A DNA stretch of 64,000 nucleotides from Eledone cirrhosa. Its lineage: Eukaryota. The stretch lies in NCBI GenBank assembly GCA_964016885.1, contig OZ024741.1, positions 119,598,001 to 119,662,000 on the forward strand, read 5' to 3'. A model generated the notes under the pieces. It made no database searches. It worked only from the letters and a program-made list of their open reading frames with translations, and had not been told where the DNA came from. Positions 1 through 11,915 of the stretch are shown piece after piece (position 1 is the stretch's first letter; the number at the start of each line of letters is the position of its first letter). The position numbers were made by a program, and so were the translations under genes.

Positions 1-110
1 GTGATAATGATGACAATGATGGTGGTTTGGATGATGAAGATGATGATGGTGATGGTGGTGATAGTGGTGATAGTAGTGAAGGTGATAATAGTGATGATGA
101 TAATGATAAG
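1..110. repeat. Degenerate (GAT/GGT)n microsatellite
   Basis: Direct reading; it accounts for the spurious ORF 1..189. Confidence 0.9.
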
Positions 111-123
111 AGTTAATTCATAC

Positions 124-205
124 CATTTCCTGGATGAGGATCGCCATGTACAAAGCCACTCCGGAATATTTGATCAGAGAAACAGTTAATGAGTTTTCGA
201 TTGAT
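124..205 (-). CDS. ADCK5: ADCK5 coding exon 7 (INRKLINCFSDQIFRSGFVHGDPHPGN), catalytic loop; gene continues left of the window
   Basis: tttcag acceptor and gtatga donor; 82 nt; HGDPHPGN UbiB/ADCK catalytic motif in phase with the previous exon. Confidence 0.92.
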
Positions 206-437
206 CTGAAATCAATTAATAGATAAATAATTAATAAATACAATGAAATATTGTAATGAATCTCTCTTCTTAAATGTTTAATTACATTATTCAGATTAAT
301 GATTGTTAAAGTTTTAATTCATGTCAAAAAGGGTTGAGGGACCCTTCAAAGACATGACAATCTCTCTAGTGCTGATGCCATGATAATGAACACCCAATAC
401 ACTCTGTAAAGTGATTGTTTTTTTTAGGAATGGCATC

Positions 438-822
438 TTTAGTGTAGTGCTAGACCCAGGGTTATTTACTCGAGTAAATGTCACCGGAATCTAGCTACTA
501 AATTTTATAAAGAAAAAGGATAAAACGTAGGCAGTTTCTCGGAACGAGTATATAAGTCTTCATTTTATTGTAGCTCCATGTTACAATTGTGGTTAGTAAA
601 TATTCTTCTACCAATTGGTATAATCCAGATCCATGATCGGTGGTTAGAGAGAAGTTAACATGCTTGTCTTCAGTGTTGTCAATTCGAAGGAAGGCGCCAA
701 AAGAGAGAAAGCTTGATTTGCGTTCCCTCTATTTATATCCTTTTACAGGAAGTTAAAAAGAAAGTTCTAGAATTTCGATGGGAAGTAACTATAGCTACTT
801 CCCTTGTCTAGAGAGCGCTACA
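438..822 (-). repeat. 3' LTR (385 bp)
   Basis: Direct repeat of 5348-5736; preceded in element orientation by the PPT GAGAGGGGAGCCT (823-835). Confidence 0.95.
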
Positions 823-1154
823 AGGCTCCCCTCTCAGATGAGAAGTCGAATAACCAAACGAATATCATTGTAATGAGAACATGTAAGAAATGAAGAGCAA
901 AACAAAAGGTACAAGAACATGAATGAATAAAACATGAGCAAGCAAATAGCAAAAATGAGCATAAAACAAGTAATGCATTTTTACAAAGAATGTTTGAATG
1001 TAACAATTGATAAATCATAATCATACAAAGGAGCAGAGAATATTGATGCTCAATGGTAAAATCAATGTTTTTCAAAGTCAAATAGTGTACAGACTTTTCT
1101 GACACTAGTTCTATCTGAAACTGAAAAGAAGAGGTATGTTAATGCCACTAGAGG

Positions 1155-4100
1155 TTAAATGTATATTGTTTTTGATAGCTTTCGTGGCCATTTTACCGTC
1201 CTGCCGCCTCGTGTGACATAAGGTTGTGTGGTATGTGGTGTTTGCGGTGCAGGTGAAGGAGTGGGTGTAGGAGTGTATGTACGAGGTGTATCAGGCAGTG
1301 TGATGAGACTTTCGGAGAAAGCCTTTTTTGGTATGTTAATGGATATTGTCTCTTTTCGGCCATTGACAGCCACTGTGAAATGTTTGGGTGTGTGCGAAAG
1401 CACACGAAAAGGTCCATTATAAGGTGATGTAAGAGGTCCCTTGATGGAATCATTCCGTATGAAAATGTGTGTCCACGTAGAGATGTCTGATGGGACAGAA
1501 GAGAAATAGATTGGTCATGAGGGTTCATCGGTGGAAGATCTGAGAAATACGAACGAATCCTGGTGACATGATGCTGGGTCAAGATGTAATGAATCCACTG
1601 GTGCTAACATTTGTCCAGGAAGAGACAATGTGGTACCATAAAGAAGTTCAGCAGACGAAAAACCTAAATCTGTCTTAATGGCAGAACAACAACCAAGAAG
1701 CACGATTGGCAAAAATTCAGTCCAACGTTGCAGATCAGAAGTAGCGCGAAGTGCAGCTTTCAACTGTCTATGAAACCTCTCGACCATTCCATTGGAGGCT
1801 GGATGGTAGCTGGTCCTATGAATGTGATGAGCACCCAAGAGTCGTGATATTTCACGAAATAAGGAAGCTTCAAATTGGCGTCCACGATCCGTAGTTATTT
1901 TAGTAGGAACACCGAAACGAGCAATCCAATTGGAAATGAAAGCTCGGGCAACGGACTCTGCTGTTATGTCCATGAGAGCTATGGCTTCAGGCCACCGAGA
2001 GAGACGATCAATACAAGTCAATATGTATGTGAACCCACGACTAATGGGCCATGGACCAACAATATCCATGTGTATATGACGGAAATGTGCGTCTAGCGGG
2101 CTGAATTTCCCAAGAGGAGCACGGACATGCCAATGAATCTTAGAGCGCTGACACTTCAAGCAAGAATGTGCCCAACTGGTGATTAAACGACGCATATTAG
2201 GCCTGAAGAATCGAGCCATAATAAGCTTCACCATGGCAGCTATGCCAGGTTGTGACAAGGAATGAAGTGCATCAAAAATGGTACACTGGTGACAATCCGG
2301 AACAAACGGTCTGGGTGATCCAGTAGAAATATCGCAAAGAATTTTTCCTTCAGCGGATGGAAGAGGTAAATAATGAAACTTACAGCAGGAAAGTTGGGTA
2401 GAAGAAATGTTCATCGAATCCAAAGTAGGTTGGTCAGTTGCAATGGCAACTAAATTGATATGTGCAGGAGACGTAAGAGAACACACAGAAAGTCGAGATA
2501 GTGCGTCCACAGGTATGTTGGCATTTCCAGCTATGTGACGAATGTCACTGGTATACTGTGAGATGAGATCCAGATGCCTATACACTCTCGGAGAGTACTT
2601 GTCGGATTTGGTGTGAAGAGCGAATGTGAGAGGTTTATGGTCTGTGAATACCGTGAATCCCCGACCTTCAAGAAAATGGTGGAAATGTCTCACAGCAAGA
2701 TAAATCGCTAGAAGCTCCCTGTCAAAGGTACTGTATCGTTGTTCTACTGGTTTTAATTAGCGTGAGAAAAACGCCAGTGGTTGAATCTGGTGATCGATTA
2801 CATGTTGCAAAACTGCGCCAACAGCGCGATCAGATGCATCAACAGATAAGGAAAGTCTCGCATTTGCAACAGGATGGGCAAGGAAGGAAACTTTAGCTAG
2901 CTCAGACTTGATGGATTCAAAAGACTGCAATGCATCGGCAGAAAGTGAAATTTTAGCATCTTTCTTTTTTGCAGCCCTTAAAAACTGTGTCAAGGGGAAC
3001 AACTTGTCCGCACAGTTAGGAATAAAGCGACGATAAAAGTTAATTAATCCCAAGAAATGGCGTAATTGTCTCAAGGATGTTGGTGGTGCTAATTGCTGAA
3101 TCACCTCTACTTTAGATGGCAAAGGAGGAATGTCTTCTGAATCTATAAGGTGTCCAAGGAATTCCAGTGAATCTGTACCAACACACATTTAGCTGGGTTG
3201 ATTCTGACTTGGTACGATTGGAGATGTTGAAATAACTGAGATATACGTTGATGATGGTGTTCATCAAACACAAAATCCAATCCACGCGTGACTTCATCGA
3301 TAAAACGCTGGAACGTACTAGAAGCATTCCGCAAACCAAAAGGCATGGATAAAAATTCAAACAAACCAAAAGGGGGTGATCACAGCTGTTTTTGGTATGT
3401 CTTCTGGATGCATGGGTATTTGATGGTAAGCGCATACCAGATCTATTTTAGAAAATATCTTGCATCCATACAGAGCGGATGAAAAATCCTGTAAATTTGG
3501 TAGAGGATAATGATCAGGTGTAGTGATAGCGTTAAGTCGTCTATAATCACCCACAGGTCTAAAATTTGCCTCACCCTTACGAGCCAAATGAAGCGGAGAT
3601 GCCCAAGGGCTAGTGGACGGTCGTATAAGACCAAGTTGAAGCATGTGATCAAACTCATCCCTGGCTTTTTTTAGCCTGTCTGGAGCCAGCCTACGTGGCC
3701 GAGAAAAAACAGGCGGAGCAGTTGTTGTAATAAAATGTCGAATCGAGTCGAATCGAGTCGACTTGGTTCGGTTTAAATGAAATGTCAGTTAACTTGGGAA
3801 ACGAGGCAAGAAGAGAATGAAGCTGGTTTCCAGAGGCAGCTATGAAACACGCGGGACTTATGGTGGCAACAGTAGAACCATGAGCAGGCGTAGATAAAGA
3901 TGTGGTGCCATCCACAAGTTTCTGTTTCCTGACATCTACTAACAGTGAGTAGTGGTGTAAAAACTCCACACCGAGAATAGGGTGGGGTAGGTCCGCTACG
4001 ATGAAAATCCATTTGAAATCTCAACGCAAAGCTAGGTCCAATGATAGAGATATTTGTCCATAAGTTTTTATAGGAGACTGGTTTACTGCATACAAGGAAA

Positions 4101-4275
4101 TACCGAAAAAATTTGGCTTGGTACAGCTGAAACGAAGGGGCCAAATACTGCAACTAGATCCTGTGTCAACCATAAACGATTTGTTTGAAACTCGATCTTT
4201 GATGAAAAAGGCACGATAAGGAGAATTAATGGGGGAGAGATCTGCCGTGCCCAGACTCTCCAATTTTAGTTTGCC
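1155..4275 (-). pseudogene. pol: pol (PR-RT-RNaseH-integrase-GPY/F), multiply disrupted
   Basis: VDTGS protease; SPWASP, DYRRLN and MPFGLRNA RT motifs; DASD...RELLA...TDHKPL RNase H; HMDIVGP/TDRG/ERFH DDE integrase; PYNGPF. Confidence 0.93.
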
Positions 4276-5079
4276 GAAGTCCCGAAAGAGCAGGGCTGAA
4301 TACAATGATTCGCCTTTTCACGAAAACGCACGTGATACTAACATAAAGAGGAGTTGTTGGCGGAGAAGTTGGCGCGACGATGAAGAGAAGGAGACCGACT
4401 CCGTGAACGCCACCTGGATGGTGTTCTTTCCCGACACAGTTTAGCCACTTGACGAGTTAACGCGTCAATGGCTCTCAGTATAGAGTCCTCACGAGGTGAA
4501 ACAGGCTGTGCTTTAAAAGTAGAAGAAGCAATGAGTGGATCTGCCGAAGTAGGTACACAAGAAAATTCCATTATGCGATCCGCTGAGGCTGCAATTTGGT
4601 CCAGAGAACTGGTATTGACTATATTTGCCAGTATGGTCAGCACATTTGTTGGTTGGCAAATGGGAGAAGAATAATTGTCTTACGAAAGAGTTGTCCTCTG
4701 CTGTTGAGTCGCTCAGTTCCCAGATGCACCGTAAAAACTGAGACGGGGTTCTATCTCCCAAGTTTTCCTCCTCCAACAAGGAACAAAATTTGCTCTCAGA
4801 CGAACGGCTGTTCCGTCTGAGCACTTCTGCCTTAAGGGTCTCGTAAGTGACGCCTTGTGGGGGATCTGTGATGATATCTTTTACTGATGTGGCGAGCGAT
4901 GCAGGGATTCCGCTTATGAACACGTGTAACCTTTGTTGTGCCGCTTGAACGCCATGGGCAACAAAATACGAATCTAGTTGTGCAAACCACAACTTTGCAG
5001 CACCTGAATACGTCGGTAGCGAAGAATTGCTCATTATGAATGTAGTAGCCGCTGAGTGAAATGTTTTTTTAACTGCCAC
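4266..5079 (-). pseudogene. gag: gag, disrupted by a frameshift near 4650 and a stop at 4338
   Basis: LPTYSGAAKLWFAQL and LGDRTPSQFLR; C*YH-X9-C-X3-C box; ends SAN*. Confidence 0.88.
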
Positions 5080-5330
5080 ACATCTGGTTTAACTTTCGTG
5101 AATCAGCCAATGACAACACATTTGAAAGAAAAAAAATTAGTTGTATTTTCAAAATTATATGCACACGTGGTGGTAACATGAATAGCTGAAGTGATGTAAC
5201 ATGGAGGAAGCAAAATGGCGATTACAAAACGAAGGCTTTGTTGAAAACGAAGACACGAGGTGCAGAAATTTTTTTTTTTTTTGCTTATGCGTATCCGGAG
5301 ATTACCATTCTTCGGTTGGTGTTTCTTTTT

Positions 5331-5346
5331 TACGTTAGGGTCACCA
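5331..5346 (-). promoter_or_regulatory. Primer binding site, tRNA-Trp-like
   Basis: TGGTGACCCTAACGTA, 1 nt from the LTR end; the complement of the tRNA-Trp 3' end is TGGTGACCCCGACGTG. Confidence 0.8.
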
Positions 5347-5347
5347 T

Positions 5348-5736
5348 TTTAGTGTGGTGCTAGACCCAGGGTTATTTACTCGAGTAAATGTCACCGGTAT
5401 CTAGCTAGTAAATTTTATAAAGAAAAAGGATAAAATGTAGGCAGTTTCTCGGAACGAGTATCAAATATAAGTCTTCATTTTATTGTAGCTCCATGTTACA
5501 ATTGTGGTTAGTAAATATTCTTCTACATATTGGTATAATCCAGATCCATGATTGGTGGTTAAGAGAAGTGAACATGCTTGTCATCAGTGTTGTCAATTTG
5601 AAGGAATGCGCCAAAAGAGAGAAAGCTTGATTTGCATTCCCTCTATTTATATCCTTTTACCGGAAGTTACAAAGAAGGTTCTAGAATTTTGACGGGAAGT
5701 AACTCTAGCTACTTCCCTTGTCTAGAGCGCGCTACA
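5348..5736 (-). repeat. 5' LTR (389 bp)
   Basis: About 19 substitutions and 2 indels versus 438-822 by manual alignment; contains TATAAATA and AATAAA on the minus strand. Confidence 0.95.
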
Positions 5737-6905
5737 CATCCAATCAAAGAAATAATGTCAGAAAAGGTTGATAGGGCTCTTCAGATGTGTCAGGGACATG
5801 ACAACCATGCTAATGCTGGTGCCATGATAACATGCACCTAGTACACTCTGTAAAGTAGTTGGCATTAGAAATGGCATCCAGCCAAAGAAACCATGTAAAA
5901 AAGGGTTGAGAGGACTTTTCCGGGATATGTCAACCTCTCAGTGTTGGTGCCATGATAAAATCTCCTCCAGCATGTACTCTAAAGTGGTTGGTATTAGGAA
6001 AGGCATCCCACCATAGAAATCCTACATAAACTGGAAAATAAGCTAAGGATGGCACCACCAGTCCGCTTAGGAGGACAGTTGCTCCATTTAAGTACTGACT
6101 TGATCTTTAACAACCCCTCCAACCTATGCCAGCATAGAAAAGCAGACATAAAATGATGACAATGCTAATGATGATGTATTTCAGTTCAACAATATTATGG
6201 AAATGGTCTTGTTTAGGGCATAAAACTGGTTTCAGTGAAACATCTCATTAATATCTGTGGCAGAGAAAGACATCAAACATTATATATACACTATATATAT
6301 CACACTGGTAGATATACATACCATATATATCACATTGATAAATATATACACCAAATATATTGCACTGGTAGATAAGTCCATTTTATATATACACCATATA
6401 TATCACAATCAGTAGGTTGTGAGTTAAATTCCCGAACTGGGTGATGCATTATGTCCTTGAGCAAGAGACTTTATTTCATGATACTCTTCCTGCCAGGAGT
6501 TGCAACCAGTAGATAGTATCAGCAATGGGAAGACCAATGGAAACATTGTTTTCTTGGTCTGACTTGATGAATTCCACCCCACTGGGATCTTGTCAATTGA
6601 TTCCTTCCTATGACTCCTGTCAGAAGCATCATTGCTTTTCCAGTGACAAGAGGTGAGATTTGAACTCAGAATGCAGAGAGTATCTTGTTCAGTGTTTTGA
6701 TGATTGCACCAATCCATCGCCCCTGGACTAGTTCATTATTTATCAAAACTGAAAAGTTGACTTTGGCAGGATTTGAACTCAAAGTACAAAAAAGTTGGAA
6801 CAAATACCACAAAGCTTTGTTAGTGACTCTGCCACTTTGTCACCTTGCAAGAAATAGACAAGCTAAAAAACATAACAGAATAAAACTAACAATAAAATTA
6901 CTTAC

Positions 6906-6989
6906 ATCCTTTGGAGAAAGTCCCATCTCTTGAATTGCTTCAATATCAGTGATTTTACATCCATCAATGAACTCCGTAGTTAGAACTCT
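6906..6989 (-). CDS. ADCK5: ADCK5 coding exon 6 (RVLTTEFIDGCKITDIEAIQEMGLSPKD)
   Basis: cag/gtaagt boundaries, 84 nt, phase 0/0; ADCK hinge region. Confidence 0.92.
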
Positions 6990-8130
6990 CTGGATGAGGG
7001 GGAAGAAAAATTATGATAATTATGTAATACTTGGAAGGTAGACACAATCCATCACTTGCTTTAACACCATATGGGTTAGATAGATTGTCATGGTCAGGAG
7101 TCAGCTTTTATTTAGAGTTACTGTCTTCATACTGTCAGAGGACCACATCTTGTTCATATGTTCCATTTTAGGTGTGATTTCTATGGCAGGATGCATTTTC
7201 TCCTAACACCAATCATTTTATTGAATGTACTGGGTACATTTTAACATGGCACCAGTACTAGAGAAGTTGTCTTATCCTCAGTATGGTTAAAGAGTCCTCT
7301 ATACCCTATGATATTTCCATTCAATTGACAGCCACTTTAAGGAATGTATTAGTTGTGTTTTATCTAGTGCACCAACACTACATTTGCCAACCAATTTACA
7401 GAGCACACCAGATGTATTTTATTGTATCACCAATACTCAATGTGACTAAAGAATCCTCTCTACCCTACATTGTATCTGTTCAGTCACCAACCATCTTGCG
7501 GACTGTAGTGGATGTATTTTATTATAGCACCAACATATTTTATTATTGGATGTATTTTATTATAGCACCAACATGTCATGTTCTTTGCAAGACAAAACAA
7601 TCATCACTACTCTATGTAGTCTCTGTTCTTCCAATGCAACTACAATACAGACACTGTCATCTTTAAAATGCTAAAGTCTGTCCCATGCCCCCGAGGCTCA
7701 GCAGATCAGTGCTTATTGTGGTTTCATTGGCATTAAGTGTTTAGGAGTATAAGACACAACCCTGAACTGGACACCCAATCATCATAGGGTTAACTTCCAG
7801 TTACCACTGGTACTCACTTTTAGCTGTGTGGGCTGAAGTTATATGGAATGAAATATTTTGCTCAAGAACACAATGTGCAACCCAGTCCAGGAATCAAACA
7901 TAATTTTATGGTCATAAAACAAACACCCTAATGACTAGATCACACAACTTCACACATTACTAAAAAAAAAGAAGATAAAAGTGAAAAAAGAAAGTACAAA
8001 TCAATCAAAGAATGCTAATATTAATGTGGCACTCTGAAAGGTAGATTTAGAGAAATTATGGAGTTAGTTGAGAGGAGATGAGTAGATGTGTGTTGTGTTC
8101 AAGAATTGAAATGGAAGGAATAAATCTCAC

Positions 8131-8262
8131 CTTGCTGGATACATTCCAATCAATGACTGGGATGTGCACATATTTTAGATGTTTCAGATCTTCAGCACAT
8201 CTCTCACCATTCTGAGCTTCGTTCAAAAAGTCAAGTTCTTCAGCCAAAGTAGATTTCAGCTC
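8131..8262 (-). CDS. ADCK5: ADCK5 coding exon 5 (ELKSTLAEELDFLNEAQNGERC...VSSK)
   Basis: tag/gtgaga boundaries, 132 nt; ELDFxxE motif. Confidence 0.93.
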
Positions 8263-8482
8263 CTAAAAAAAAAATGTTTTTGCTAAATATTAAACATTAT
8301 TTAAAAAAAGAAGATACAATGAATGTAAAGAAGAGCACCAGACTAGATATTTCTTCAGTCACTTGCATATTATCATCATCATCATCAACGTCATAAATTT
8401 ACATCTGTTTTTCTATGTTGGTGTGGATTGGTTGAGAAATTACAGTAATTAATTGGGGTTACTGTCCTCAAGGGAGCATGTT

Positions 8483-9211
8483 TTTAACGAAGGGTATATT
8501 TAAGTAATTGTTAGAGGAATTAACATGATTATTAGATGAAATAACAAAGTTGTTAGATGAAATAACAAGTATAATAAGAATAAATGATTTGGTTTACTTT
8601 ACGTGAATCAATTAAAAAGTACAATAAAGCAGTTACCAAGAGTTGTTAATTTTGTTATTGTTGTTGATGTGAAAACAGCGAGCAAACAGATAATGTTGTT
8701 GTTGGAAGTTGGAGTCCGTGGTAGTAGTTGTGAGACCGTAGTGAGTAAGAGAGAGAGAGAGAGATATGGTTTGTATACCTCTGTTATGGTCTGTAGTAAC
8801 TGTGAACCACCGTGGCCTGCAGGCAGCGGTGAATCTTCCACTTTTGTGTTCTGTAGTAGTAACTAGGGCTCCAATCACTCTGTATTTCTGTAAACCTCTG
8901 GGGTATGTAGTAACTGTGAATCTTTACATAGTTAGTTGCTAGCGTAATTCTCCGATCTTTCTTGTCTTTCTGTAGACCACTGGGGTCTGTTGATAGTGGT
9001 GAATCTTTCACATAGCTTGTTCTGTAGTGGGGTGCTCCGATGTATCTATGTCTAATGTGGGAAAATATAGGCTTTATAAACCTATCGCTTCCTGTCTCCC
9101 CCCTTGAGGGGATAGCCAACGCATCAACCTGTTCACACGAAAAGCGTGATGATCCAGAATTTGACCTTTAGGTGTCACCCAAGGTTCAAGGCGCGGACAG
9201 ATTTCGCAACA
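8483..9211. mobile_element. Probable solo LTR of a second family
   Basis: Imperfect inverted termini TTTAACGAA...TTCGCAACA flanked by TGTT duplications (8479-8482, 9212-9215); internal short repeats; no coding content. Confidence 0.55.
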
Positions 9212-9469
9212 TGTTTTACTAACTATCTTTCATTTTGGCATGTTTTATACAGCTGGATTCTCTCCCTAATGCCAACACAACCACTTTACAGAGTGTATTG
9301 GGTGCTTTTTATTGTGGCACCAACACTAGGAATGTTATGTTTTAGGAGGAAGAGGTGATATTATGGTAATAACTTGTAAATATTTTATCTGAATTTTTAA
9401 CAACCATGTCAATTGTCCTGTTCTCTCTCTCCCTCTGTATATATATGTATATATATATATATATATCAT

Positions 9470-9850
9470 TATCATCATCATCATTTTTACGTCTGTTTTT
9501 CCATGCATGCATGAGTTGGCTGGTCCTTCTCACACAGCATCTCTCCATTCACTACATTCCTTCGTCATCTCCTCCATGTGTCTCAGCAATTTGAGGAAAG
9601 CTCTCACCACCTCTGCTCAGGTTTTTTGGGGTCTACCTCTACAGCGGCTTCTTTCCACTGGCATTTCCTGGCACTTCTTTACCTATTCATCATCATCCAT
9701 GCGCATCATATATCTGCACCAATGCAGTCTTATCTCCTGCACACTTCTCTGATTCCTCTTAAACTCAGCTTCTCCCTTTGTTCACCCAAGCTCTGCCTTT
9801 CTCTCATATTTACATTGTACAACCAATGAAGTATGGTTGCTTCGTTTCTA
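9470..9850 (-). mobile_element. RTE 3' fragment; similar pieces at ~10450-10890 (-), ~22200-23175 (+), ~46760-47030 (-), ~57150-57700 (+)
   Basis: Same C-terminal and 3'UTR sequences and (GAT)n tails as the 51398-54520 element. Confidence 0.75.
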
Positions 9851-10028
9851 TGCATATACACACACTCATATATTCTATATAATACATTGAATGTTCTTTT
9901 GTTTGTATACTAAGCCCCTCATATATTTATGTGTGTGGGTATGTAACATAATGCCCCCTATGATAATCTACTCCTAATATAACACACTACTGAGCTGTGC
10001 CATATCATATATATGTAACTTTACATAC

Positions 10029-10142
10029 CTGCAACACCCATCCAAAGCCAAAATTTGGGTGCATCCATTCAATCAACTTTAATATAATTTCACAAGTCAA
10101 AATATCCCCATAAAATCGATCATGAAGATCAATGTACTGGAT
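10029..10142 (-). CDS. ADCK5: ADCK5 coding exon 4 ([38 protein letters not shown])
   Basis: cag/gtatgt boundaries, 114 nt; QYIDLxDRF is ADCK5-like; not in the ORF track, translated by hand. Confidence 0.93.
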
Positions 10143-11159
10143 CTGAAAGTGAAGGACAAAAAACCCATAATTCTTTTAAATTTACAACAACCAACAAAAT
10201 GAAAAAAATTAGCAACAACAAAACCACTGCCACTATGATTATTATTATCATCAAGGGTGGTGGATTGGCAGTATCGGACGCCATGCTTTGATGCATAGAG
10301 TTACGGTCCTTTCCAATCTGAGTTCAAATCCCACCGAGGTTAACTTTGCCTTTCATCCTTATGGGGTCGATAAAATAAAGTACCAGTAATGCACTGAGTA
10401 ATTACTGGCCTTGTTCCAAAAGTAGAAACAATTATTATTATCATAATTATTTTTATGTCCATTTTTTCATGCTTGCACAGGATGGATGGGTCTTCTTCAG
10501 CACAACTTCCTTCCACTAGTTGTGTGCCTATGTGTTCCTATTGTGAGAAATCACCACCTCTGCATATAATTTTCTTGGTCTTCTACAGCTTCCTTCCACT
10601 TGATACTCCTGCTACTTCAACGAACAATCATTATCCAAATGCCTCATGCAACCACACCAGTGCAATCTTCTGTCTTGCACATTGCATCTGATTCCTCTTA
10701 AATCCAGTTTTTCTCTGAGTCCATCAGTGCTTCACCATTCATGCACACTAAAATTACACATCCACCAGATCGTGCTCAATTCATTTATTTCCAGCCCATG
10801 TCTTACCACCATGCAATATCACATTTCACATACAGGCACATACAATCTACTCTTTGCTTGCAGAGAAGATTCCTTTGCTGCAGAAATCTGTCATATATAT
10901 ATATATATATATTCCACGAACAGTGACAGATCCTGTGATCCTGGGTGGACCAACAGTACCATCAGTAGGGGTCAAAACTGTGAAAGTCCATCTCGACAGC
11001 CGAAGACTTTGGAGTTTTGTATCTTTCGTTTGTCTTTTTATTTCAATAAATTCTTTTCAAGGTTTTCCGTTCAAATAAGTTTTTTTGTTCTGCCTTGTTT
11101 TTGTCCATTGTCTTCTCTTTGTTAATTTTTCTAATTCTATTATATATATATACATACAG

Positions 11160-11915
11160 CCAGCAGATTGGGAATGCAGAAGCTGTTGCAGCAGTCCTGG
11201 TATATTAACATTCCTACCCACACAAAGTCGTCTTCCTCACTGATTAACAAAAGTGTGCAGTCTGGCCAGATGGGTTCTAATTTTAATAATACAAACTTAA
11301 TTGATCATTGAGTGAGTGAGGAATTAAGTCTATTTGGCTTGTATTCACCCCTGATTGGTAGGTAATCAGGTGGTTGGCTGGTTTCTTGAAGTTTGTGTTA
11401 CAGATCATTAAGTCAAGAGCATCACAGAACTCCAGAAGCCTAGTTTCCCATTCGTTTTTTTTGTGCCATATCTGTAGTCTCCATGTATGCCAGGGAATCC
11501 ATCCTGGTGTTTCCCATCATATGTGGTAGTCTGTAGGAGGGCCTCTTAGAAATAGTCTTTTTGTTGCAAGCCTAGCTTGTGGGGCATATGCAGATAGTAT
11601 AGTGGCTGTAGTATTGCCCAAGGTTAGTCTAAATTTAATTATTCTACCACTCACTCTGACTACCTCAACTACCTGATTTACCCATCTCTCTGCGAGGAGC
11701 TTTCCTACTTTGCCCACTCACCAACCCCGTTTTTGCTACTCACTCAGAATTTGTACCAGTGATCCTTGTCTGTGATGAATTTGGCTGAAACACCCCTCCA
11801 CCTCACTTCTTACACACAGCACACATCTACTCCTCTCCTCTCTAACATCTCCACAACCTCACTGCACTTACCTCTCATTGTTTTGACATTCAATGTGACA
11901 AATCTAAGGTTCCGT
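11160..11915 (-). mobile_element. RTE 5' (APE) fragment; ~ bounds
   Basis: LRFVTLNV, RRGVDVCCV and SAYAPQ. Confidence 0.8.

Larger units (their letters stand above)
438..5736 (-). mobile_element. Full-length decayed Ty3/Gypsy LTR retrotransposon, CsRn1/Kabuki/Boudicca clade
   Basis: Two LTRs, CATC target-site duplication (434-437, 5737-5740), tRNA-Trp-like PBS, PPT, gag CX2HX9CX3C box, domain order PR-RT-RH-INT. Confidence 0.95.

Noticed and set aside
1-189. Met/Val-rich ORF, and the many Ile/Tyr/Cys/Val-rich short ORFs in the track
   Set aside because: Translations of microsatellites or antisense frames of repeats and exons
818-1154. Possible env-like third ORF in the Gypsy element (hydrophobic 95-aa ORF)
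   Set aside because: Short, non-ATG start, T-rich 3'UTR composition, no signal peptide or furin site, and it runs into the PPT
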